64,000 nt of DNA from Catajapyx aquilonaris. Its lineage: Eukaryota. The position numbers and the translations under genes are program-made. Numbering within the stretch: position 1 is the stretch's first letter; each line of letters opens with the position of its first letter. Shown piece by piece: positions 1-10,985 of this stretch. Location of the stretch: assembly GCA_000934665.2 (NCBI GenBank), contig KZ538143.1, positions 1 to 64,000 of the forward strand, read 5' to 3'. Below the pieces are notes generated by a model. That model saw nothing but the letters and a program-made list of their open reading frames with translations. It was not told the DNA's origin and ran no database searches.

Positions 1-24
1 CTTAATGACAAATTTATAATAGCA

Positions 25-96
25 TCAGCGCGGGGCCCCTATCAGCGCGGGGCCTGTAGCACGTGCTACATGTGCTACTATGTAAAACCGCCTCTG
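25..96 (-). mobile_element. Terminal fragment of a non-autonomous DNA transposon (CAG-terminated, hAT-like)
   Basis: The minus strand reads CAGAGGCGGTTTTACATAGTAGCACATGTAGCACGTGCTACAGGCCCCGCGCTGATAGGGGCCCCGCGCTGAT, with a CAG terminus and repeated subterminal GGCCCCGCGCTGAT. The other end is not identified in the window. Confidence 0.45.
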
Positions 97-324
97 GCCC
101 AGGCCCACGGGCAGGGTGACTGGGAGGGGATGTGCAAGGTGCAAGTGCAAAACGGTACATTTTGTGAACTCCCGCGGGTGGATTAGTCTGAGGAGATTCC
201 ACTCGAAACGAAGCCAGAGACGACCCAACTCTGCACGAGATGAAGGGGGGAACCCTGGGCTGGGATCGAACCCGGGACCTTAACATCCGTGGGCGCATAC
301 GCTTCCGCAGCGCCACTTCGTCTC
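97..324 (-). mobile_element. tRNA-derived SINE
   Basis: The minus strand begins GAGACGAAGTGGCGCTGCGG (A-box-like) and then has AGGTCCCGGGTTCGATCCCAGCC (B box/T-arm), followed by a non-tRNA body. I see no closed acceptor stem. The 3' boundary is approximate. Confidence 0.7.
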
Positions 325-795
325 GCCTAGGAAATGCCCTCATGCAACAATACCTAGCAAATTAAACCATCGCTGTAAATTCAACGCATCCACCAATTAC
401 GCTAATTGGCCACCTCACGTTGGTTCGTATCGTGGTCATTCCGGGATTTTGTGGGATTTGAATGTCAACTTCCAGACAAAATTAAATACAATAAAATAAT
501 ACAGTATTTACAAATATTACTCAGTGTTGAAAAAAAAATTCCCACCATGCATCTGTACGTACAGTACGTACAGTACATTTCTAAAGTTCTTTGGACCAAA
601 CATATGGAACGAGGTGGGGGTGTGACGTGGGATTGGGGGGGGGGGGGNGGAGGGGGGGGTCAAGGGGTCAAAAATTCAGGGGAAAACACACATGGCTGTG
701 CAGTCTTTTCCTGGGCCAACTCCAGCCGCATTCTTCTCTTTACACATCCAATCAGAATATCCGTGTCGACTATACGCTATGAGACAAGCAGGTAA

Positions 796-983
796 TCTAT
801 CACAAACAGTGACAAACTTTGGCTTATTGTAACTTATGAGGTCTATTTTAAGACATCGAGTTTCGAGTGTATGGAAGGGAAATTTTTACTAACAAACACA
901 CTTCCTAATATACTGTATAATTATGTACCCCTACCTTTACCAGCACCCCCAACATACCCGGGCAACGCCAGGTAACCTGCTAG
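796..983 (+). mobile_element. Non-autonomous Helitron-like element
   Basis: The 3' end has a GC hairpin (TACCCGGGCAACGCCAGGTA) followed by CTAG and a host T at 984. A candidate 5' end, A|TCTAT, lies at 795/796. This matches the Helitron TC...CTRR, AT-target signature. The 5' end is uncertain. Confidence 0.6.
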
Positions 984-2097
984 TTATCCATATTATTATT
1001 TGCATTATTTATTGATCTTAGTATTTAATATTCATGTTATTATTCATGTATGTATGATCAATATTACTGTTATTCGTATTATTTATTGATTTAATATTCG
1101 TGTTATTATTCATACTATTTAATATTATTCTGATCTTTTCATTAGTATTTATATTATTTATGTTGTTGACCACTAACTTCAGACATTTTGTTTACACAGC
1201 AAACAGCTAGGTGCATCAATCACACACACACATTTACCATCTCAGCACACAGGTCCATACAGTATGTACTGCACAGCAAACAACCAACTGTAGTGTAAAG
1301 TGTCCAAACCTGCAATAATGTGTGTGGGTTGAAGCACCTCCTTCCTGCTGAACGAGACTTGGGAGCATCCACCGTACCGAAGGTCTCTCTCCGGCTGGGT
1401 TCTTATTCCGTCCCCTCCTCCTCCTCCTGACCACACACAGCTATACACACACAAGTCCTTTTTCCGCTTCTCTCTCCCCCTCTCTCTTCTCTAGTTCTCT
1501 GGAGGTCCCAAGCCAAGCCCACCCACCCACCCACCTGGGGGGACTGGGGACGAACACGGACCGACACACCAACGAACCGAGAAATCTATAAAGTCAGGGG
1601 GTGGGAGAGCCCTTTGCACAGGTCCAATGTAGTACGTGTCTCTGTCCCCGGTATGTCACCGCCCCGGGGTACTGCACACGTATCGAGGGACGAAGCGGAC
1701 GGTGCAGTGGCCGTGAGTGAGACAGGACCAGAATATAATCGCGGCCGGGCACACAGAGGGAAGAAGGGGGGAGACGATGCTGCCTGCCCAAGCCGAACAC
1801 CACGAACGACGGTTCACACACGCACTATACACACCAGGCCGGAGGGAGGCCGGACAACGCGTAGGACGAACGCGCCCACTCTTAAATCCGGCCGGATGAC
1901 GTCACTGTCCCGGTGCACCGAACGCGCCCGATGTCACTCCTCTGCGTAGGTACAAGGCACCCTAGTTCTTTCCGGACCGCCTGTCATCGTCTCCCCTCGG
2001 CCCTCGTCCTCCTCCCCCCGTGTTGCCAGCGTATGTACAAGGACAGCCTGGAGGAAGAGTGGGTGCCATCGACCGGTCTCTCTCTGAAGAAGGAAAG

Positions 2098-5000
2098 ATG
2101 CTGGATTCCAGCACGGTCACCACCAGCAAGACCAGCAGTCTCAAGGCGCTTCTGCTCAAGGCCTGGAGGGAGAGGTGGTCGGACCTGCAGTGGGGGATAC
2201 ACATCAAGACGGTACAAATTCGAACACTTTTGGTTGGATTAGAACACTACCGTATTGATTCGAACGATACTGTATTGCTTCGATTCGAACACTTAGAACA
2301 CTACTGCTGTATTGCTTCGATTCGAACACTTTTGATTTGAGTAGAACACTTTTGATTTGATTAGAACACTGGGCCTGATTGTGCCTAAAATATTAAAGAT
2401 TATCTTTCTGGTTGTTGTTGGTTGGTAATTAGGAATCATTATGGTAATAATTTGGGGTTGGAATTGCAGATTCTGCCTAGAGGAGTGAGCGGGGATGTGT
2501 ACAACCTGGCTGATTGTATTCTGCAGCAGGCGCTTATTGGACCGGGGCCTAATTACCTGGTGTTGTCCTACCTGAGGCATTCGTTGAGTTCACAGGTTTG
2601 TTTTAGAGGGAGGCTGCAAGGTACAGCATAAATTGATGTTTGGCCCTTTTTTTTTTCAGTTGGTGTCATACGGGGCGGTGCTTCTTGGCATAAGCAAGTA
2701 CCAGGGTTTCCATAAGCCGCATTGCATTGTTAGCCTTCTGCAACTTCTAGAGCGGATACAGAAGAATGTGTCGTGTCGGGGAAAGCCTGAGGAGTGTATG
2801 CTGCTCTCGACGGCCTTGCTGTCTTTGGCCCACTGGCTCCTCACCTGCTCCCATCAGGCTTTGGTCAAACTGGCTGAACTTCGGACCTCACCAGAGCACA
2901 CAACAATATTTGAGAAGCCGCTGACAATACTGACTGAGATGTACCAATGTGACTTCACTCATGCCATGCTGCATCTTGCCAGGCATGAGGACCGTGACAC
3001 GCGTGGTGACATGTTGCAGAAGTGTTCAGAGCTTGAGTCTGCTCTGACACCAGCAGGGGTCAGCCCAGCTGCCCGTAAGCAGGCTGAGGATGCGCTAGCT
3101 CTGGTGCGGTCACAGGAGCAGCCTGGATTAGGTAGGCCCCGCAATGCTGTTCCACCTGAAGCTCTAGCATACAGCATCAATGCAATGGTCATGTTCGAGG
3201 CGCTTCTGCGGCCCACCAACAGTGTGGAATCCTTCATCAACCAACTGCTAATGGTGCAGACGTTAAAAGGATACAGCACACCTGAGTTATACTGTGAGCT
3301 GATACGCATTTGCCTGATAGGGTTAATTGACTCAAACGTAAGCAGTGAGGAGATGCGCTGGGATGGATTCACATTCCTGAAGGTGATACAGCTGTTGACA
3401 GCACTGAGTCACCGACAGACCAGCATTGACTCTGAGTCACTGGATGTATCAGCAGACATATTGGCTGCATTTGAGATGTTACTGCAGTATGCGCCAGTTC
3501 TGAATCTGGCTGACGTAAAGAGCAACTGCAACTGTATGGAATTTTTATTGAATGGACTTATAAAGGCCGAGCTATTAACTGAAGCACAGGCTAAGACTCT
3601 TCTAGCAAAGCGTGAGCTGCAAGGACCCCCACGTTTAGAACAAGGAACGGCAAGCAATGCATGTTTGATACTTCGTGCTGAACCAACAGTAAGCAGCATA
3701 CTGAAGACATTGGATGCTGACTACACCAAGAACCAGGAAGCATTGTTGGGTGTCCTGTGCCAGATGATGTCTGGAAAAAGCTTTGAGCTGATTCTCACTG
3801 CAGCTGCTGCTACAGGAAAGGTACAGACATTTGCTCAGAAGCTGGTCAAATTCAACGAGTGTAGTAAGCAGGTGCCGGGTGAGAATACCAAGGCATCGCA
3901 GCAACGGGCCACCTTGTTTGACATATCGTTTCTGATGCTATGCCACATTACCCAAACGTATGGCACACGTGTTGCCCTCTCCGATGAATCTAGCGGCGAA
4001 TCTTTCTTCGAGCTCTGGGTCCGTGAGTTCATGGTGCAACCAGGTGAGCCAAAGTCACCAGAGATGATGGTTCAGCAGAGTGATCCTGCCAAAGTGGACC
4101 TTCTGCTGTCTCAGTTCAACAGCACTAAAGAGGGCGATTTTAAGACCAGTCTGGTCAAATGGCATGAGGTGTGCATGCATGTGCCCAGTGTCATAAAGGA
4201 GGTGCTGATCGCTTGGGAGCATGGATCATTGTCCACAACAGAGGTCAAGCGGATCCTGGATAACATTAGATCTCGGATGTCTTGTCTGTCTGTATGTGCT
4301 ACTGCATGGCTGTGCAGCTACATCCAGGTTCTGCCTCAGGACAACCTGCTCAAGCCCATGAACATGATACAGCACTTTCTCACGCAACCAACCGATGAGT
4401 CACAGCTGCAGCCGCAGGATAACTTTAAGGTAGGAAGCTAACGAAAATTGGGTTAACACAATTACTAATCCACACTCCCGTTTCTCTAGGAACGCTCATC
4501 CCTGATGCTCCAGATCATCCGCAAGATGTGCTACGATCTTCCTCCGGGCAACACCAAGAAGGCTATTGCTCTGTCACACAGCATCACATCATCCCAGCCA
4601 ATCAATGATTTGTTACAGACCGTGTGGTTGGAAGTTCATCAGCGTGGCTGGTTGGACGTTAGTGCCATGCACAGCTTGGAGAGCCTCTTCGTTATTGGTG
4701 GGGCCCAATGGTTCGTCACCACTTTAATAAAGGAAGCCCTTAGCTTTCCTTATCAGGAGGATCTCAGCAAAGCAGTTGAACTTGTCTTCTCCATCTTTCA
4801 CCTTGATATCCAAAAGTGTGCTCTTGCTCTCCTGTTACACACCTTGCCACAGTACCTTTACAACCAGGGACGTGCAGAGGACATGACTGAACCAAAGGGC
4901 CAGATGTTGGCTCACCTGTCAGTGTGCACCATATATGCGGCATTGCAGCATGCAGGAAGCAGTGTGAGATGTGGAAAACCGCTGAAACGCACCCGGAGAG

Positions 5001-5470
5001 ATGCCGATATTGAAGATGCGTACGGATTGCTGGATGGGGCAGGGCCCATAAAGATGCGGAGGTTGAGTGTCCATACTGCGGATGCCACAGAGGATCTTGC
5101 CCTGTGTGGCCTCGTGCCGCCTACTAGTTCGGGGTCACATCCAGATGCAGAAGACACGTTAGCTAGAGCAGTCGCAGGGTTATTTCGGGCATTTCAAGGG
5201 GTAGCTGAATCGAGTCGGTTTAATCAGCACACACTGTTCGTATTTTGTTTCTTGGAAGAGAGTGTGAGGTGCGGAGGAGACAAAGTTGGCACCTTGCTGC
5301 AGTTCATGCCCTTACCATTGGTTCCAAGCCTCATAAAGCTCTTGCCAGAGATGTTCAACACAGGAATGATTCTGAGGCTCTACGACCTCAACACAAGTGT
5401 CGGAAGGAAATCAGCCGCCAGGTCACTCTGCATGCTACACCTGCTGCAAAGGCCAAAACCCACTCGATAA
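2098..5470 (+). CDS. MED24: Mediator of RNA polymerase II transcription subunit 24 (~996 aa). Exons 2098-2211, 2470-2595, 2660-4429, 4490-5470
   Basis: The N-terminus [22 protein letters not shown]...[28 protein letters not shown] and internal [19 protein letters not shown] and [13 protein letters not shown] motifs match MED24/TRAP100. Three GT-AG phase-0 introns; the exons sum to 2991 nt. Confidence 0.95.
2219..2370. repeat. Degenerate minisatellite (TTCGAACACT / TAGAACACT units) in MED24 intron 1
   Basis: About 8 copies of (T)TCGAAC/TAGAAAC-type cores, mostly GAACACT, with repeated TTTGATTTGA and TGTATTGCTTCGA, starting right after the donor at 2212. Confidence 0.8.
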
Positions 5471-6326
5471 GACATGAACCGTACAGTAAATGTGACACAT
5501 GTGAATACTTCCAGCAATCAACCCCTGCTAGTAGCCATTGCATCAATTGCATAATACTGCATAATAATAGAGCTAGTACGGCCTACTAGTGTTTTAAACA
5601 CCACTCGTGTCTGATATTCCATGGTCATAATGTGTTATACTTTTGCATAATAAATTTCGCACACTGACAAAAGTAATGTCTACCCATGATGAAATTTTTA
5701 CCCCAAAATGTATTAGCATTTATGATATTACATGTTTACATTTAGGCTGCATGCACAGCAGCTCTGCAATTTATTGTTGAGAGAAAGAATCTTGTGTGAG
5801 GCTTCTGGTAAGTTATTAAATATATGCAGGGCTCGAATTTAGCAGTAATGCAATCCTAATGATTCCACATACTGATGACAAAGCAATGTACAAACAATGC
5901 AGGACTTTATTTAATGTGTATGTGAATGTTTTTTCTTACTGTGTTTCGTTCTTGATTCGCCTTATTGCAACAGCAGCATAATATCCTTCATTCACTTATG
6001 CATATGTAGCAATAAAAACCTTTCCGCCTCATTTTATGCGGCCAGTGCTTCGCAATATTGTAAATGCAAGTTGGCATGCAAATATGTCTAAAAATTGAAT
6101 TTGTATGCAATGTGCCAGCTAGGTGAGTCCAATAAACTCTCCTAGTTACGTACAAATCTATCCTTCACCCTGCCTAATAAATCTAGAGTGCAATACACTT
6201 CCTGGGCCGTGATGACCCATTTACATAACCTGACTGTTGCATCACTGGACACCCTGTCAGAATGGCAATTGGAGTTTCGAAATACTTACAAAGGAGATTG
6301 GGAAAAAAAAAACTTGTTGCACTTTT

Positions 6327-6363
6327 TATATAAAGGGTGTATGTCTTGGACCCCCTTCCAGTC
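6327..6363 (+). promoter_or_regulatory. Putative TATA + Initiator core promoter of CUB gene 1
   Basis: TATATAAA at 6327-6334 and Inr-like CCAGTC with its A at 6360, about 30 bp downstream. The ATG follows at 6380. Confidence 0.5.
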
Positions 6364-6379
6364 TTTGAATCGACTTAGC

Positions 6380-7845
6380 ATGATGATGATGTCCACTCAT
6401 TTTCTGGTGCTCGTGGTCTTGTGTCTTCAGGTGAATTATGGCATGTCACTACGATTTCTGTGTTATTTTTGGGGGACTTTGTTTGTAGGTGTGTGCAGCT
6501 GATCCGCAAGTGGAGATTGACAGGAATGACATCAGAGGTACGTAACATCATTTATATCCATACGAAAATGTGTAAATGCCATTTGAAATTGCCTCGGTAA
6601 TGAGTAAGGTAGCAGATCTGAAGCTCAAATTAGCCTCCAACAGAGGTGCTCCTTCCTCTTTCATCACGACTCGTCAGGAAGAAGTAGGAGCGCCTCGCTT
6701 TGAGGCTATTTTGAGCTTCAGATCTGCTGCCTTACTCCTGGAAGTGACTGTGCATGTCACCAATGTGGCAGTCAAACAAAAATAATATTTGCATGCAATT
6801 TGACGAAACTGACAGACGCATTATTGGACCATGAAAGCTTGCCCTTGAAAAACACTCGAAACATAATATGTCCCGCATCCTGTCGTGCTAACTTCTTCCG
6901 TGTACCGTGGTATCGCAGATATCCAATGCAGACGACGCACCATCGTGCACATCCCAGAGGGAAAGATGATCTCGATGAAAACAGGATCCAACTACGGTCG
7001 AGCCCGATACCTCCCTAATCAAACATGTCGATGGCACCTCTACGTACGTCTCACTAATTAACTGTAATCAGCACACGTAATTTTAAAAAAAACGGTCTTT
7101 TCCCGCAGCCCCAAGTGTACGGGCAATGCCAAGTGTCGGTCATATGTCCGTGTTTCGACGTACATGAGACCAGAAGTTGCGCCAGAGATGTGTTCATCAT
7201 GTATGACATATTCAGCCTCAGGCAAGGGTGAGTCGCACATGTGAAAGGTGTCACTTCAGGAGTAAGGTAGCAGACCTGAAACTCAAGCTATGCGCACCCA
7301 CATTCGCGCAGCACCTGCGTGAATGTGGGTGCGCACTCGGAGGAGCGGCTCTCTTTGGAGGCTATATTTTGAGCTTCAAGTACCTGTTACCTTACTCCTG
7401 GAAGTGACACCTTTCACATGTAATCAGTGTACGGATTTCAGGTATTGCGGACGTTCAGGTCCTCATGAGGTGTCGACATCGCGACATCACACAGGTCGGA
7501 TGAAACTGATATTTAGGTCCACATCAGAAGGAGAACCAGGCTGGGGTGTAATGTGCTACGCGACCTGTGGATCTCCAGGTACATTGTGCTCCTTTCTGAG
7601 AGCCAGGTCAATGTCGCGCTTAATTACCGAGCTTTTAATTAACAGGAACTCGAATAAGCCGAGAATCGTTTCCACGTGCCACTTGCGCAGGCGAAGAAGT
7701 GAAAACTGAGGAGACAATAAAAGAAGCTACGACCACAGAACCGGTTCCAGTACCAGCTCCAGCCGAGGCCAGATCTTTCAGATTCGGCTCATCAGGCAGA
7801 TCTCTCGGCTCATCAGGCAGATCTTCCAGAATCAGATTTGAATAA
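6380..7845 (+). CDS. Secreted single-CUB-domain protein, paralog 1 (~226 aa). Exons 6380-6430, 6489-6537, 6919-7043, 7109-7227, 7442-7578, 7646-7845
   Basis: Signal peptide MMMMSTHFLVLVVLCLQVCAA, then a CUB pattern: IQC..GSNYGRARYLPNQTCRWHLYP..CQVSVICPCFDV..SCARD..YCG..GRMKLIFRS..GWGVMCYATC. All introns are GT-AG with phases 0,1,0,2,1 and the frame is open to TAA at 7843-7845. Confidence 0.85.
6602..6750. mobile_element. Palindromic MITE family A, copy 1 (intron 2 of CUB gene 1)
   Basis: GAGTAAGGTAGCAGATCTGAAGCTCAAATTAGCCTC pairs with GAGGCTATTTTGAGCTTCAGATCTGCTGCCTTACTC. Related copies lie at 7237 and 56191. Confidence 0.85.
7237..7421. mobile_element. Palindromic MITE family A, copy 2, with a nested inner hairpin (intron 4 of CUB gene 1)
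   Basis: ACATGTGAAAGGTGTCACTTCAGGAGTAAGGTA...TACCTTACTCCTGGAAGTGACACCTTTCACATGT. The inner palindrome TGCGCACCCACATTCGCGCAG/CTGCGTGAATGTGGGTGCGCA is at 7291-7335. Confidence 0.85.
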
Positions 7846-8419
7846 TAATTTTAAAAAACAAAAGGGACGCATGTTTCACGCGATTTTTACACTTTTTTTT
7901 GTGGAAATTCCCTGTGGGAAATACTGCAAAAAATTCTCATTTTGTTTATCATCTTTTCGGACAAGGTTATCGCGATATTGGTTCCGAAATTGTCACGTAT
8001 GTTCTGGGAAACTATTGCATATGTTCCCGAGTGAAAGCTTCGGTACATCAACCCTAGGGATGTGTATGTGTAATGGACCAATGGCGACCTAGAAAGAGTC
8101 CTTGACATAGCTTTCGAACTTTTGCATCACACCCTAAAAAGTTACTTAGGTAACATCTTTTGGTTGATGACCATTGCTTATCTACATCTCCTTTTTTTTC
8201 CCCCTCGACCTTCGTGTACTTTTCCCTGGGCATGCAACTGTGTGTAAAAAAATATTCATGTGAAAAAAAAGGACAGGAAGACGCGGGTTTTCGGTGATGA
8301 AATGGTTTCCCCCGAAGCCCCCCTCTCTCTCTCTAATAAAGGTTCATGCGATGGTATTGCTACACAAGTGTTTTGGATTTATCAAAGGTTGGGTGGGCCG
8401 CATTGTTGCTGATTTTAAT

Positions 8420-9843
8420 ATGAAGGGACTTGTACTTCTGGTGTTGGTACTGAGTCTCCAGGAGGCTTATTCCAGACGAGTAAGTGTTGTCCTAATATTG
8501 ATAACCGTTTCAAGCACTACACTTCAAACATAAAAATAGTTTTAATGAATTTATCCCAATTTTTGGGTTCTGTTTTACATGAAGGTGGAAATGTATAAAC
8601 AAGATTATTGTATTTTGGTAAATTAGTGTATCTCCTTTTGAAGTTAAATTATTTTTTTTAATCGACAAGATGCACTCCGCCTAGCACGTAGCCTGTACTG
8701 GCAAGTTGCCAACTTTTAATTACTAACTTATATAGAGAAAAAGAAGTTTTTTTCTTGAAAATGTAATGGACATGTGCTACGTGCCATTATATTTTCAAGA
8801 GAATCATTGTTGTCTATTTAACAGCCACATTACGAGGCTTTTAAATTCAACGTCAACAGAGAAAAATACTGTACATACCTGTGTTTCTGACGCCTTTTGC
8901 ATTATGTAGAGATATCGGGTGATAGCGTTGGAAACAAGTGATGACCCTCCAGAGAGTGAGGCAACAGGTAGTACTGAGAAGAGCCTGCAAGTTCGCCAAG
9001 CACAGTACATAAACAGTGAGTAGTGGAATGCATTATCATGTGAGGCACATTGTGGTATACATTGAATTTTCCTCCACCATCATTGTAGCTATAGGATGTG
9101 CTTTCATGAAAATCTTTCGGATTGACGAAGGGGAAGTTCTGGCCGTGGAGAGTACCAACTATGGACGAGGGTCATATCTGCCGGATCAAGTTTGTTGGTG
9201 GCGATTCAGGGTTGAGTAGTTGTGACCAACATTGACTATAACTCTGTACTGAAATTCTTTATTATGAAAGTTTATTTTAGTTTAGTTTTGAGAATGAGGA
9301 TATTACTTATGAGAAAGCTGTTGACTAAATTCATGGAAATTTTAGCCCAGGAGTTCCAGATGCAAAATCATGATTACTTGCCCATGCTTTGATGTGGAAG
9401 GCCCTGGAGCTACTGGACTCTGCACTAATGATTTCCTCAAGATAAGTGACACCGATGACCATATGTAGTGAGTGATAACAAGTTCTCACACCAAACTCTC
9501 CCTTTCCCTTCCCATGTCAAAATCTTGTGCCATTTTCCAAATAATTACTCGACATGACAAAAATTCGACCCATGGAAATTGATTAAAATCCTCTCCTTTC
9601 AATTATTTTATAGTTTCTGTGGAGGGTATGCCCCAAGAGGAATATACGAATCACGGCATGAGAAGGGTCGCATGAAGATGTTCTTCTATTCTAATGTTTC
9701 CACACAGAAGAAAGGATACAAATGCTACGTCACTTGTGCCAGATCACGTAAGTTACCTTTCATGCAAAGATGATAATCACATTTTAATTGCGACTATTTC
9801 AGGTGCTGAAGCCAAGTTTCCTGAAGAGGCATGTGCCATTTAA
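8420..9843 (+). CDS. Secreted single-CUB-domain protein, paralog 2 (~178 aa). Exons 8420-8479, 8910-8967, 9089(or 9095)-9210, 9346-9467, 9614-9747, 9803-9843
   Basis: Signal peptide MKGLVLLVLVLSLQEAYS, then a CUB pattern: GC..STNYGRGSYLPDQVCWWRFRP..CKIMITCPCFDVE..LCTNDFLKI..FCG..GRMKMFFYSN..KGYKCYVTC. Intron phases match paralog 1. AATAAA lies about 50 nt after the stop. The exon 3 donor (GTTGAG) is weak. Confidence 0.85.
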
Positions 9844-10839
9844 CTCCACAAATTTCAAATAATGTAGTAGCTGCGCTATATATTGCAACACAATAAAAAT
9901 GATCTCACAATTTAGGTTAATATTATAGATTTATAGGTAAAGTTACAGTGTTAGCCAGGGCCATATTTCCCAATAGGCAAAGTAGCCAATGGCAAGTTTT
10001 TAGAGGCAGCAAATTTGGAGGGCGCAACTGTCTTTGTAGTGTGGAAAAATTGCGGCTGGGTTTATTTCCATAAATACCTGTCAAATGTGGTGAGATTGTA
10101 CTGTACCAGTGCATTTTTTGGGACAACAAAGAACCCTACTGAGCAGACGTACACTAGTGAATTTAGGCTTTATTAGCTACATTGAAGGATTGTCGAGGTT
10201 GGCAATGACGAGTAAAATCCAAGATAATCCGAGATTTGGTGTGATAAGGCCCGTAATATATAGTACGGTATATTATTTGTTAATGTTTTGATTTTCAAGT
10301 TTTTCATTGGGTGGTATAGTGTTGGTTGGTGTGATTGGACGATTGTTTCTCGTGAGCAGGTTAGTTAACTCTTCTGTTACGATGTTATTGAAGGTAGAAA
10401 TACGATTGAGCATTTTTTATCAGGATTTATGCTTGAACTATGATGGAAAGAGTTTACAGAGTGCACTTGACAAGGTGAGATTGTGCCACTGTTCCTGGTT
10501 TTCCCCATGATTTCACAGATCTTCATGTGTAACAGTGATGGAATGAGTTTACGAGAATAAGATCGGTCAGAATCTTTGGCAAAAATTTAAAAAATTTAAA
10601 GGGAAAAAAGTGAAAAATTGTATGTGGCCAAAGCCACCAGACGAGCTGTCACACAGAAAAGATCAGACGAAGAGGAAGATCCAGCAATAAAAATCGGAGT
10701 GGCGTTAACAATGCAGATGTAAAACCTTAGGTTTCAGAGTTTGATTAGTAGATGGTTATAACTCTGTGTCTACCGTCTTACCTAGTCCTCTTCACAGACT
10801 GTTTCAACATTTTCACTTTGTATTTTTCCTTCAATTAGA

Positions 10840-10985
10840 AATGTACGGAAAATGAGAGAACGATCTGACGTCAACAAGGTTTCCATGGAAATACCCTCAC
10901 AGAACAATACGAATAAACAGTGTCAACAAAAAGCAACAATGGAAGAAACGATGACGTCAGATCGTTCTCTCGTTTTCCGTACATT
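10840..10985. mobile_element. MITE-like element with ~34-bp terminal inverted repeats
   Basis: AATGTACGGAAAATGAGAGAACGATCTGACGTCA ... TGACGTCAGATCGTTCTCTCGTTTTCCGTACATT. Confidence 0.75.

Noticed and set aside
250..324. tRNA gene
   Set aside because: A and B boxes are present, but I see no complete cloverleaf or acceptor stem and the sequence continues into a SINE body.
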